Shown: positions 1 to 12,451, counted from the first letter of the stretch. The stretch: 64,000 nt of DNA from Octopus vulgaris (GCA_951406725.2 OX597825.1:73904001-73968000), one strand, 5' to 3'. Numbers and translations: made by a program. The notes: a model not told the origin generated them from the letters alone.

Positions 1-190
1 TGTGAACGAACGCAACAGCTGAAAGTGGCGAAGAATCGGAATAATATCTGTTTTCGATCCAGGAACAAGGCCTGCAATTTTAAAGGGACGCAGATTAATC
101 GATTCCATCGACTCCGAGGGCTTTGAACTCTGAAGGTAAAGACCCAGAGCAAAGACTGCCAAGCAATATTTTCGGTGCTCTAACGATTCT

Positions 191-793
191 TATTTTTTTT
201 ATTGCCCACAAGGGGCTAAACATATGAGGGAACAAACAAGGACAGACAAAGGGATTAAGTCGATTACATTGACCCCCAGTGCGTAACTGGTACTTAATTT
301 ATCGACCCCGAAAGGATGAAAGGCAAAGTCGACCTCGGCGGAATTTGAACTCAGAACGTAGCGGCAGAAGAAATACCTATTTCTTTACTACCCACAAGGG
401 GATAATCACAGAGAAGACAAACAAGGATAGACAAACGGATTAAGTCGATTACATCGACTCCAGTGCGTAACTGGTACTTAATTTATCGACCCCGAAAGGA
501 TGAAAAGCAAAGTCGAGATCGGCGGAATTTGAACTCAGAACGTAGCGGCAGACGAAATACATATTTCTTTACTACCCACAAGGGACTAATCACAGAGAAA
601 ACAAACAAGGATAGACAAACGGATTAAGTCTATTACATCGCCCCCAGTGCGTAACTGGTACTTAATTTATCGACCTCGAAAGGACGAAAAGCAAAGTCAA
701 CCTCGGCGGAATTTGAACTCAGAACGTAGCGGCAGACGAAATGCCGCTAAGCATTTCGCCCGGCGTGCTAACGTTTCTGCCAGCTCACCGCCT
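191..793 (-). mobile_element. SINE family A (tRNA-derived, Meta-domain-like), tandem trimer
   Basis: Three head-to-tail units of the repeat ggcggcgagctggcagaaacgttagc...gagttcaaattccgccgaggtcgactttgcctttcatcctttcggggtcgataaattaagtaccag...gccccttgtggg on the minus strand. B-box-like GAGTTCAAATTCC; the central block resembles the MetaSINE domain. Confidence 0.9.
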
Positions 794-1019
794 TCTCTGA
801 CGTTTCTGCCAATCCAATAACCCTTGCATAATTTTCATTAGGGCACAAGGCCAGTATGTTGAGAGCATGGATCTTAAGGTCATTTTAATTATCTCATTAT
901 TTTATCAGCATCGAAAGGATGAATATCAATGATTTCTTTTATAGGAAGAAGGCCAAAAATTTATGGTTATATTGACTTTGTAATATGGCTGATACATTAA
1001 CGACACCAAAATAATCGTC

Positions 1020-1187
1020 TCAAATTTTGGCACAAGTCCAGTAGTTTTAAAGGAAGGGATAGTGGTCGATTACATCGACCCCACTGTTCCAGTGGTCCTT
1101 ATTTTGATCGCCCTCGAAAGGCCTCGGCACAAAATACTGCTAAAAACTTTGCTCGACTCGCGAATAATTCTGCAAGTCGCCGCCGCA
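1020..1187 (-). mobile_element. Degraded SINE family A copy (further decayed copies at ~60-190, 1520-1720, 1745-1870, 1960-2065, 2110-2277)
   Basis: Diverged matches to gattacatcgacccc, ggtacttattttatcgaccc and gaaaggatgaaaggcaaa motifs. Confidence 0.65.
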
Positions 1188-1221
1188 TGACGTCGAAATA
1201 ATCCTTTTTGCAATGAACATA

Positions 1222-1512
1222 GTAGAGGCACATGCCCTAGTGGTTAGAGCAGCGGACTCGCGGGTCCGAATTTCAGTGCGGGTGATGTGTGAGTTTATGA
1301 GCGAAACACCTAAGCTCCACGCGGCTCCGGCAGAAGGTAATGGCGAACTTATGCTGACTCTTTCGCCACAACTTTCTCTCACTCTTTCCTCCTGCATCTT
1401 GCAGCTCACCTGCGACGGTCTGGCGTCTTGTCAAGGTGGGGAACCTATACGCCAAGGAAACCGGGAAACCGGCACTTATCAGCCAGGTATGGCTTGAGAA
1501 GGAACAAACAAA
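1222..1512 (+). mobile_element. SINE family C, 3'-variant 1
   Basis: tRNA-like head (ctagtggttagagcagcggactcgcg), shared body aaacacctaagctccac...ccacaactttctctcactcttt, (AAAC)n tail, target-site duplication caatgaaca at 1211-1219 and 1513-1521. Confidence 0.85.
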
Positions 1513-2288
1513 CAATGAACAGAAGGTGTAAAATTTGAGGGGAGGTGACTAATCGAGTCATCAACCCTAATGCTCAACTGGTACTTATTTTATCGACCCT
1601 GAAAGAATAAAAGACAAACTCGACCATGGAGCAATTTAGACCCAGGGCATAATGCGCCGAAAGAAATGCTTAGCAGCATTTTGTCCGACTCGTTAATAAT
1701 TCTACCAGTTCGCATTTTACGATGCTGAAATAATTCTCTCAAGAATAGGCACAAAGCCTGAAATTTGTGGGGACGAGGCTAGTCGACTAGTCAACTGGTA
1801 CTTATTTTGTCAACCCCCGAAAGGATAAGAGGCAAAAACGACCTCGGGGGAGATTGAACTCAGAACGTAAACGACGCTAAAATAAGGTAAGACAGTGATA
1901 TAGGTTCATGACCACAAAATCTGGGGACGCTAGTCACTGTAATTCATTTTATTGACCACGGCTGAATGAAAGGCGAAGTCAAATTCGGTGTGATATGGAT
2001 CTAGAACGTAAACGGGCGCAATCAAATACCACGAAGAATTTTGACTGATGCTCTGACTATTCTGTCATTCACCCAAATAATAATCATACTGGTTTTTGAT
2101 TGTTGAACAGGGCCTGATAGGCATGAGTACGTGGCTGGTACTTAATTTTATCGACTCCCGAAGGATGAAAGGCAAATTTGGTCTCGGTGGAATTTGGACA
2201 CAGAAAGTAAGAATCCAGAAAGAAATTCCTGAAGGATTTTCCCAGACGCTCAAACGATTTTGTCAGTTCACCGCCTTCTTTAAATATA

Positions 2289-2843
2289 TTGGGTTGTCCG
2301 GAAAGTTCGTGCCGATTTATAGTAGCTTACATTTCGACTTATGTTAGAACATGGTTGAGTCCATAAAATAGGATTTGACTACACCTCCATTTAGAGCACA
2401 GTTTAAGCTATCATTTCGTGGAAGAAGGTTTACGTTCCTATAATCTGTAACCCTTTAAAATGGAAGATAAGAAAGTTCATTTTCGGCACTTGATGATTTA
2501 GGAGCCAGACAAAAATTGCTGCAGCTCGGCTGGGATGTGTTACTCACCCTCCATATTCCCCAGATATTGCTCCTTCGGATTTCCACTTATTCAGGTCTCT
2601 GCAGAATAGTCTTAATGATAAAAATTTCAATTCCTTGGATGATGTAAAAAGATACCTTAATGAATTCTTTGCCATGGAACCACCCTCAATTCTGGGAAGA
2701 GGGTATTTTCAAGTTATAGGAAAATGGAAGGCGCATTGTACAACAAAATGGTTCATATTTGGTCGATTAAAAATGTAATGGCAAGTATTTATTGACCTTT
2801 TTCTTTCCTTTAAAAATCGGCACGAACTTTCCGGACAACCCAA
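2289..2843 (+). mobile_element. Non-autonomous mariner deletion derivative
   Basis: ~30-bp TIRs ttgggttgtccggaaagttcgtgccgattt / aaatcggcacgaactttccggacaacccaa with TA duplication. Internal remnants encode MEDKKVHFRHLM and ...PPYSPDIAPSDFHLFRSLQNSL, the mariner YSPDL-type catalytic-region motif. Confidence 0.93.
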
Positions 2844-2864
2844 TAGTAAAAATGATGGTTTCCG

Positions 2865-3075
2865 ATTTAGGTACAAAACCAATATTTATAAGTAGGATGG
2901 ATTAATAGATATGATTGACCTAGTAATTGATTGGTAGTTGATTACATTGATACTGGAAATGATGATGAAAGGTAAAGCTGACCTAAGCGGGATTTGAACA
3001 CAGAGTGTAAAGAGCCGAAACGAATGCCACAGATGATTTTCTCCGACGCTCTGACGACTCTGCCAGTTCGCCACC
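2865..3075 (-). mobile_element. Degraded SINE family A copy
   Basis: gatgaaaggtaaagctgacct...gatttgaacacagagtgtaaa...ctgccagttcgccacc. Confidence 0.6.
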
Positions 3076-3217
3076 TTTATAATGGTTTCTGTTGTAGGAA
3101 CAAAATATCTCAGTTTTGAGGAGAAAGGATTAATCGATTGCCATAATAACTTTCTCTGTCATGGTCAATGCGACGACCACACTCTACACATGTTCCTTCC
3201 AAGCACTGCTGTAAATA

Positions 3218-3328
3218 GCGGAAGTGTGCTAAAACGTTAAAAATCAGTGCGCATGCAAAGCAGAGTTCAAGGTCGGTATTTGCCAAGCGGTTTTACTCTG
3301 CGTTCTTTAGCTTCGTTACTATAGCAAC
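3218..3328. promoter_or_regulatory. Candidate promoter motif cluster (ETS, NRF1-like, RFX X-box)
   Basis: GCGGAAGTG at 3218-3226, TGCGCATGCA at 3248-3257 and palindromic X-box GTTACTATAGCAAC at 3315-3328, inside a rare non-repeat island. Confidence 0.4.
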
Positions 3329-3704
3329 AGTCTGGATACCTATTGAGCAGACATCGTATATTCGCTTGAATAATTCTATTAATATAGCTTCCAGGATTAT
3401 TCTAGTTATTTTGTATAATTATATATTGGATAGTGGTACTATCAACCTCTGTTTTTCTATTTAGTTTTGTTTAATGTTCAGTAACAGCTGTTTGTCGTAA
3501 ATGCATGGTCAACCGTCGTGTGTGACACTTCGTTGGCAGATGTAACAGTTTGGGTCGTGATGTTTACAATTTCCACGTTTACATAAAATCTTCGTCCAAT
3601 ACATTGCTTGTCGGGCTTACGCCCTGTGGTTAACATTTTGGGTTTGCATGCTAATGATAACACTTTTCAATTTGGCGTTTCCTCTCATATACGCTAACTG
3701 TTTA

Positions 3705-4312
3705 TGAAGGCGCATGGCTCAGTGGTGAAAGCGTCGAGCTTACGATCGTGAGGTTGTGAGTTCGATTCCCGGACCGAGCTGCGTGTTGTGTTCTTCAGCA
3801 AGACACTTTATTTCACGTTGCCCCAGTTCATTCATCTGCAGAAATGAGTTGCGACGTCACTGGCGCCAAGCTGTATCGGCCTTTGTCTTTCCCTTGGGTA
3901 ATATCTGTTTGTTTATTGCCCACAAGGGGCTAAACATAGAGGGGACAAACAAGGACAGACAAACGGATTAAGTCGATTACATCGACCCCAGTGCGTAACT
4001 GGTACTTAATTTATCGACCCCGAAAGGATGAAAGGCAAAGTCGACCTCGGCGGAATTTGAACTCAGAACGCAACGACAGACGCAATGCCGCTAAGCATTT
4101 CGCCCGTTGTGCTAACGTTTCTGCCATCTCGCCGCTTGGGTAATATCGGTGGCATGGAGAGGGGAAGCTGGTATGCATGGGCGACTGCTGGTCTTCCATA
4201 AAAGCAACCCTAGGTTGAGCGTTCGCCGTTGAGGCGACATTCCTCCCAGACTTTTACCCTGGAGGGGAACCTCTCAGATGCACCTATTGGTCATTCGTGA
4301 CCGACGAAGTCG
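3705..4312 (+). mobile_element. tRNA-derived CORE-like SINE (family D) interrupted by a family A insertion
   Basis: A box tggctcagtgg, B box gagttcgattccc, CORE-like gtgttcttcagcaagacactttatttcac; body resumes after 4147. Confidence 0.75.
3906..4135 (-). mobile_element. SINE family A nested in family D SINE
   Basis: Full-length copy flanked by 12-bp TSD ttgggtaatatc (3894-3905 and 4136-4147). Confidence 0.92.
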
Positions 4313-4426
4313 AGTTATTTATTTCCTGTTAGGTGCGATTCAAACTATGTTCTGCTTTGTTAGCTTTAAACCACATATTCATGCATTCAGTATAGAGTAT
4401 TCGTTTGATTCCTGTCGTATAATATA

Positions 4427-4657
4427 TATTTCTTTACTACCCACAAGGGGCTAAACACAAAGGGGACAAACAAGACAGACAAAGGGATTAAGTCGATTAC
4501 ATTCGACCCCAGTGCGTAACTGGTACTTAATTTATCGACCCCGAAAGGATGAAAGGCAAAGTCGACCTCGGCGGAATTTGAACTCAGAACACAGCGGCAG
4601 ACGAAACACCGCAAAGCATTTCGTCCAGCGTGCTAACGTTTCTGCCAGCTCGCCGCC
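4427..4657 (-). mobile_element. SINE family A
   Basis: Full-length copy with TSD tgtcgtataatata (4413-4426 and 4658-4671). Confidence 0.92.
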
Positions 4658-5072
4658 TGTCGTATAATATACGTGTGTGTTTTATGTGTTATTATTGGAG
4701 GTTGTAACAGTTCTATGTGTGCAAGACGTATTTGTTTTATTGTTCTCTGCAGACCTGGCTGTATCGTCAAAAGTTTGTTTCCCCAGGCACATAATTTCGG
4801 TTTCGGTCCTACTGCATGACACCTTGGGCAGGTTGACTTCGATTCTACCTGCGGGCCGCCAAAGCCTTCTGATTGGTTTTGGTAGATGGAAACTGAAAGA
4901 ATCCCGAGGTATACATGCATACATAAATATACACATACACACACACACATACTGAAACAGGCAGACAAATACCTAGGTCACCGTGCTTATTTCTCTTGCA
5001 TTGTTTGTTGACATCAGTTAGGTTCAGGTCTGTCTTAATCGGACGGATGCATGCGTTGTAGTTACCTGTTAA

Positions 5073-5460
5073 AGGAGTGGCTGTAACCACATGGTTCCTG
5101 GTTCAGTCCCACAGCGTGGCATCTTGGGCAAGTGTCTTCTACTATAGCCTCGGGCCGACCAAAGCCTTGTGAGTGGATTTGGTAGACGGAAACTGGAAGA
5201 AGCCCGTCGTATATATGTATATATGTATATATGTATTTGTATATATGTGTGTCTGTGTTTGGCCACCCCCCCCAACATTGCTTGACAACCGATGCTGGTG
5301 TGTTTACGTCTCCGTAACTTAGCGGTTCGGCAAAAGAGACCGATAGAATAAGTACTAGGCTTACAAAGAACAAGTCCTGGGGTCGATTTGCTCGACTAAA
5401 AGCGGTGCTCCAGCATGGCCACAGTCAAATGACTAAAACAACTAAAAGAGTAAAAGAGTA
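5073..5460 (+). mobile_element. SINE family B (tRNA head + CORE-like domain + internal (TA)n(TG)n + right arm, (TAAAAGAG)n tail)
   Basis: ggagtggctg...ggttcagtccca...cttgggcaagtgtcttctactatagcctcggg... right arm ending gcatggccacagtcaaatgact...aaaagagtaaaagagta. A degraded left arm also lies at ~4770-4945. Confidence 0.9.
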
Positions 5461-5638
5461 TTCGTTTTATATTTTTTATTCATTGTATAAGAAAGGATAG
5501 GATCATATCCAAAATGTATCTCCTCGTCTTAAGACAATGAGATGTAATTTGAGGGCGAGTAGGCTGCTATAGCTAGCTAAATGAAAACCGTGCAGACGCT
5601 TGTACATACATACATACATACCTACATACATACATACA

Positions 5639-5671
<33 letters not shown>

Positions 5672-5704
5672 GTACCTAATATGCGTATGCATGAATGTAT
5701 ATCA

Positions 5705-5988
5705 ACCAGATCATCGGGTGTTGTTATATAACGCTGGTCACAATGCGCTTTCTCATTATTGTACCTTCAGAATGATGCCACTCTGCTAGCTAAGCATGCA
5801 ACTTAAGATATTCTGCTGAACAGGATGTCTGTCCCTCGTAGCGTTACCCATTTAAAGCTGAGAGGAATGGAGCTACATGGAATGAAGTGTTTCGCTCAAG
5901 AACACAACACACCGCCTGCCTTGAAATCAAAACCACGCCTGATGAGATCAGGAGTCTAACAACCTGTCCACTCGGCCACGTGCCCTTA
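5705..5988 (-). mobile_element. Old CORE-like tRNA SINE
   Basis: Minus strand reads gggcacgtggccgagtgg...gtgttgtgttcttgagcgaaacacttcattcc...aaatgggta; similar decayed copy at ~27860-28026. Confidence 0.55.
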
Positions 5989-5991
5989 CCA

Positions 5992-6028
<37 letters not shown>

Positions 6029-6071
6029 CGTGTGTGTGTGTGTGTGTGTGTAGTTTCGTTTATGGTCGCTA

Positions 6072-6118
<47 letters not shown>

Positions 6119-6469
6119 GACAAACGAAAGAAAGTGGTCCTCAACACATTTGGTAGAAGTTATACTATTAAAAAAACAAACACTTTGATTCGGCCCCATG
6201 CAACTCGATCATGATGACCTATCTCGTCAGGCGACAGCGACCGAATGAAGAGGTGCAGGAAGTGTAAAATGATTACTGGAAATTGGGCTGCTATTAATCA
6301 AGGCCGGACACAAGCTAGGTCCTTGTGGCCAGCCTACAAAACTTTAAACTGTTTTTTAAATGGCGATACACACGCACACACACACACAAATAATCATGAT
6401 TTGGAATCATTTAATACGTATGTAATATATAACAGGAAATGCAAGATGTCACTCTTTGGCTTGACTTCA

Positions 6470-6610
6470 TTATTACGATGGTCCTGGCATTAAAGGTGTC
6501 CCGAAAGGCCTAGCTGGAGGCCCAACTTTCCGGGTTCTTTCACAGGGCCTAGAAAATCTGAAGGACCGCTACACCAAGTGAGTGAATCTGCGAGGAGAAT
6601 ATGTTGAAAG
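6470..6610 (+). mobile_element. mariner-derived MITE fragment
   Basis: Encodes remnant ...GLENLKDRYTK*VNLRGEYVE (mariner C-terminus); homologous to 40821-41028. Confidence 0.55.
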
Positions 6611-6614
6611 AAGT

Positions 6615-7000
6615 AGCTCTGGTAAGTAGCTTGCTTACCAACCACATGGTTCCGGGTTCAGTGGCACCTTGGACAAGTGTCTTCTACTATAGCCTCGGGC
6701 CGATCAAAGCCTTGTGAGTGGATTTGGTAGACGGAAACTGAAAGAAGCTTGTCGTATATATGTATATGTATATATATATATGTGTGTGTATGTTTGTTTG
6801 TCTGTTTGTCGCCCCAACATCGCTTGGCAACCGATGCTGGTGTGTCTACCGTAACTTAGCGGTTCGGCAAAAGATCTTGATAGAATAAGTACTATGCTTC
6901 CAAAGAATAAGTCCTGGGGTCAATTTGCTCGACTAAAGGCGGTGCTCCAGCATGGCCGCAGTCAAATGACTGAAACAAGTAAAATTGTAAAAGAGTAAAG
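6615..7000 (+). mobile_element. SINE family B
   Basis: Near full-length match to the family B consensus. Confidence 0.9.
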
Positions 7001-7078
7001 AAGACTGACCCTCTTGTATTTTCTTTCTTTGAAAGCCAAGAACTTTTAAGTACCCACAAACAGATATTCTAACATCAC

Positions 7079-7138
<60 letters not shown>

Positions 7139-7231
7139 TGTCAGAACGATTTTTAAACTGCGAAAGAACGTGAAATAATTTTGTTTTTCCAATGGTAGAT
7201 ATCAGATAACGCTCTAAGTAACAGTACAAAT

Positions 7232-7303
7232 GATTGCTTCGGTCCAATGGTAGAACGTCTGTCATCTTTTCAAGACATGTGGGTTCGAGTCCCAAGGTCA
7301 GCC
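7232..7303 (+). other. tRNA-like segment (probable SINE head or tRNA pseudogene)
   Basis: A-box-like cggtccaatggtaga, T-arm gtgggttcgagtccca, followed by a T6 run; no canonical anticodon loop. Confidence 0.35.
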
Positions 7304-7467
7304 TTCATCTTTTTTAAGCCAAAGAGTTTTCAGCCCAGTTTTACACGCTACTATTTACAACTGTGCAGCTTCGAAATCCAGCACCCCAAAGAAAGAATAT
7401 AGGAATACACATACAGACATAAGTTTATATAGATGCATATATATATATATGAACACACACACACACG

Positions 7468-7520
<53 letters not shown>

Positions 7521-7527
7521 ACATATA

Positions 7528-7783
7528 TGTTGTTGTTGTTGTTGGTTCCTACTCATTAGGGCCGTTTTCCCGGTCCGTCGCAGGTGAGCTGCTAGATACA
7601 GGAGGAAAGAGTGAGAGAAAGTTGTGGCGAACAATTCTGCAGAAGTTCGCCGTTACCTTCTGCCGGAGCGCGTGGAGTTTAGGTGCTTTGCTCGTAAACA
7701 CAAACATTGCCCAGTCGGAGATTCGAAACCACGATTCCTCGACTGCGACTCCGCTGCTCTAGCCACTAGGCCATGTGCCACTA
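7528..7783 (-). mobile_element. SINE family C, 3'-variant 1 (internally deleted)
   Basis: Reverse complement of the 1222 element: gtggcacatggcctagtgg...ccacaactttctctcactctttcctcctg...gaaaacggccc...(AAC)n. Confidence 0.8.
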
Positions 7784-7812
7784 GTATGAATATACATACA
7801 TACATACATACA

Positions 7813-7921
<109 letters not shown>

Positions 7922-8569
7922 TAATTAATTAATTAATAATTACTTTTACCAAGTAGTTCGGTATGTTAAGAGAACCATTATCGGAAAACTTATTCAAAAA
8001 CTCTATAATTATGAGTATAATTATAATTAGGGTTCAGCAAAATTTGCTTCACCGCATACCGAAATTTAGAAATAGCAGTTAAAACTAGTATTCTAACTAC
8101 CATAAGATATCTCCCAGACAGCAATACTCAACAACTCATAATTATAGAATTTATATATATATATCTATATATATATATATGTACATACATACACAGATAA
8201 GTGACTGTGTGTGTGCATGAATATATATATATATATATGTATTGAGAAACCCATTGCTCCAATATTAAATATTTACCTAATTATTTTGCCACCAGTTGAT
8301 CGGTAGCTTGTGCTAAATTTGCAGATTCTTCTTCTCCCCCGCCAACAAATTCTGAAAAGACTAAGCTTCACTTATCGGCCTCTTTCTTCTTATCAGTAAG
8401 CTCAAACAGGCGTGCGTTAAAGCTGATCCTTCCTCACATCGCATACCTCTTCCTACAACTCACTCACACTTGTCGCACGACACTTGCAACTGGAAGCTGC
8501 AGATCTCCTCCTACTCCTACTCCTGCGCCTGCGCCTGCTGCTTCTTTTCTTTTCCATCTCCTACCCCCT

Positions 8570-8665
8570 TTCTTCTTCTTCTTCTTCTTCTTCTTCTTCT
8601 TCTTCTTCTTCTTCTTCTTCTTCTTCTTCTTCTTCTTCTTCTTCTTCTACTCCTACTACTACTAC
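8570..8665. repeat. (TTC)n microsatellite
   Basis: Direct trinucleotide run. Confidence 0.95.
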
Positions 8666-8802
8666 TTCTCTTCTGCTTCCTCCCCTTCCTTCCACTATCA
8701 ACCGCTGTCACCGATATCTAAACACGTCGACGCTGAACCACGCTTATCGCACACGTTACGTAGGCTTATACACGCAAGCAGGCGTACATTATAAAAGCAA
8801 AT

Positions 8803-8836
<34 letters not shown>

Positions 8837-8967
8837 AGACACACACACGCGCATTCATGTACACACACACACACGCACACATGCAAACATATGCCCAGAT
8901 ATGTAGGGAGCCTATACATGCATACATTTATATACATACACACAATCACATACCTAAACACTTACAC

Positions 8968-9013
<46 letters not shown>

Positions 9014-9017
9014 ATTA

Positions 9018-9205
9018 ACTCTTTTATTTATTTCAGTTATTTGACTGAGGCCATGCTGGAGCACCGATTTTAGTCGAACAAATCGACCCCGCAATTTAAT
9101 AATTTTGGAAGCATATTACTTATTCTATCGGTCTTATACCAAACCGCTAAGTTACAGGGACGTAAACATACCGGCATCAGTTGTTAAGCGATGGTAGGGG
9201 TGACA

Positions 9206-9296
<91 letters not shown>

Positions 9297-9473
9297 GCAC
9301 ACACATATGCGACGGGCTTCTTTCAGCTTCCGTCGACGAAATCCACTCACAAGGCACTGGTTAGCTCGAGGCTGTAGTAGAAGACACTTGCGCAAGGTGC
9401 CACGCAGTGGGACTGAACCCGGAACCATGTGGTTGGTAAGCAAGATACTTAACGCGCAGCCACTCCTGCACCT
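9018..9473 (-). mobile_element. SINE family B directly downstream of a U6 copy
   Basis: Family B on the minus strand with a long internal (TG)n; its 5' end ataggtgcaggagtggctg abuts the U6 3' T-run. Confidence 0.88.
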
Positions 9474-9475
9474 AT

Positions 9476-9579
9476 AAAAAGATATGAAACGTTTTGCGAA
9501 TATGCGTGTCATCGTTCCGCAGGGACCAAGCTAGTCTCTGAATCTTTCCAAATTTAGCAGATGTATTGCCGAGCAGTAT
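9476..9579 (-). pseudogene. RNU6: U6 snRNA pseudogene (full length, diverged)
   Basis: Minus strand tgctcggcaatacatctgctaaatttggaaagattcagagactagcttggtccctgcggaacgatgacacgcatattcgcaaaacgtttcatatcttttt aligns end-to-end with U6. The ACAGAGA box is mutated to TCAGAGA and the upstream DNA is microsatellite, with no PSE/TATA context. Confidence 0.9.
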
Positions 9580-9673
9580 ATACACGTATATATATACATA
9601 CATACATACATACATACATACATACATACATACATACATACATACATACATGCATACATACATACATAAAGGT

Positions 9674-9918
9674 ATACTCTTTACTTGTTTCAGTCATTTG
9701 GCTGTGGCCATGCTGGAGCACCGCCTTTCGTCGAGCAAATCGACCCCAGGACTTATTCTTTGAAAGCCTAGTACTTATTCCATCGGTCTCTGTTAGTGAA
9801 CCGCTATGTTACTGGGACGTAAACACACCAACATCGGTTGTCAAGCGATGTTGGGAGGACAAACACAGACACACAAACACATACACACAAGCACATACAC
9901 ACACATACATACATACAC

Positions 9919-9967
<49 letters not shown>

Positions 9968-10131
9968 AATATACATACGGCGGGCTTCTTTCAGTTTCCA
10001 TCTACCAAATCCACTCACAAGGCTTTGGTTGGCCCGAGGCTATAGTAGAAGACAATTGTCCAAGGTGCGACGCAGTGGGACTGAACCCGGAATCATGTGG
10101 TTCGTAAGCAAGCTACTTACCACACAGCCAC
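9674..10131 (-). mobile_element. SINE family B
   Basis: Full-length minus-strand match. Confidence 0.9.
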
Positions 10132-10143
10132 TCAGTTTATGTG

Positions 10144-10200
<57 letters not shown>

Positions 10201-10334
10201 GTTTGAGTGTGGCCATTTATGTGTGGGGGGGTGGTGCATATTTTAATTACGTACCGCTGTATACGTCCGCAAACAAATGCGGACAAAAACAAATGCAAAC
10301 ACACATGACCCCCACCCACCTACACAAACAAACA

Positions 10335-10369
<35 letters not shown>

Positions 10370-10716
10370 TCACACACACACTCACACACACACGCACACT
10401 CACACACACATGCGCACACAATCACGTTTTTATCATATGTGTGGAACCGAAGTCAATTAAAACGCAGTTTCGCTATCTAATGAAAAATATAATGAGAATA
10501 TATGCAGAAATACATACGGACGTATATACATATACACACACCCACGCAGACGCATAGACAGTAAGAATTATTAAAAAATCGAAAAATAACCCAGAAATTG
10601 TGTGAGCGCACATGTCTTAGTGTGTATCTGAATAAGTACCTCTGAGAGTTGTCTATGCTTACTATATATCTGCGACTGCGTGATGTATACGCTTCATATA
10701 TATATATATCTTTATA

Positions 10717-11113
10717 TCTTTATATATAAAAGTGAGGTTGTGTGCTGTCTGTCTCCTACGATTTAGATTCCTAACTACTCCCACATTTTGCGGTGCAGTT
10801 TAACCAAAACCGGGTATCTTATAGTCGTGATTCATATCGAGCCCTTCTGGGTATCAGCGCGCGTCTACGATGAGTCTACGATTTAAAAAAGAATTTACCA
10901 TCAATTTTCCCCATTTTTAATGCATTTTTGGCATATATAAGAGAAGTAACTCTCTAAAAATTTATTATTAAATCTCAGAACGCAAAAGCTACAGTAACAC
11001 CCCTCCCCTTTGTGGTTAGCCATATTGAGATGGCTATTATACTTTACATCTCTAAAAATGCTTATATAGTTATTTCCCTTACAAATCCGAGCAACGCCGG
11101 GCGATACTGCTAG
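10717..11113 (+). mobile_element. Non-autonomous Helitron
   Basis: 5' TC (a|tctttatatataaaagtg), 3' CTAG|t, subterminal GC hairpin ccgagcaacgccggg about 10 nt before the end, A|T insertion site within (TA)n. Confidence 0.8.
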
Positions 11114-11139
11114 TATATATATATATATATATATATACA

Positions 11140-11272
11140 TAGCGGAGTAAGTACATAAATGTGAAACATGGTGGAAAAGAAGAGTACTCAAATACCAGAG
11201 GTAGAGTAATATGGTTTATTTAAAAACAGCAGAAATGTAACCGTTATATTTCTGCTGCTTTTAAACAAAATG
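11140..11272 (-). mobile_element. PLE pseudo-LTR-like mini-element family H1 (hammerhead part deleted)
   Basis: Homologous to 25478-25705 (ggagtaa...gagtactcaaatacc...gtagagtaatatg); short fold-back cagcagaaat...atttctgctg; flanked by (TA)n. Confidence 0.65.
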
Positions 11273-11310
11273 TAATATATATACAGACTCACATGCATAC
11301 ACACACACAC

Positions 11311-11456
<146 letters not shown>

Positions 11457-11576
11457 ATTCATTTGCGTGTGAAATTGTGCAGGCATGCATGATATATATA
11501 TGCTTATATATGTACACACACACATACACACACATTTGTATATATATACATACACAGATATATTACAGATATATGC

Positions 11577-11621
<45 letters not shown>

Positions 11622-11695
11622 TGTGTGTGTGTGTGTGTGTGTATGTGTGTATGTGTGTGTTTATGTAAATATCTATATTTATATATCTATATCTA

Positions 11696-11778
<83 letters not shown>

Positions 11779-12182
11779 GTCAACATATATTTGTATTTGT
11801 CTAAGTTTTGAAATTATTTCCACTCAGTTTCCGTCACACGCATCGCATGTATACGCGGGAATGCCTATACGCGTGAGTGCTGCAAACATACATAAATATA
11901 ATATAATATTATTGCTTAAAGTACATTAGACTAAAACCTATCTGTTTTAAACGAGCTTCGTTTTGGTAAGCTATGTTAATTGGTAAGTCTACGACAGTAA
12001 GTTTTGGTAAAATACATAAATAGTCTATGAGTTTATACGGTGGGTGATACGAAGTGGACGATTGAGAAAGTGAATGATGCATATCGATCTATGTGGATAC
12101 TGAGATTGACATAATAAATATTTGAAGCTGTTTGAGTAAATATGTAGAGTGGTGGTACGTAAGCGGTCTAGGAATATGTTGT

Positions 12183-12223
<41 letters not shown>

Positions 12224-12292
12224 TACATACATACATACATACATACATACATACATACATAAGACACGCACACACACATGAAAACATATCTA

Positions 12293-12451
<159 letters not shown>

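Noticed and set aside
191-793. CRISPR-like or regularly spaced repeat array (also 50460-51210)
   Set aside because: Whole units repeat with no unique spacers; eukaryotic SINE multimer and minisatellite; no cas genes
9476-9579. Functional U6 gene
   Set aside because: Many substitutions including the ACAGAGA box, and upstream DNA is pure microsatellite without a promoter
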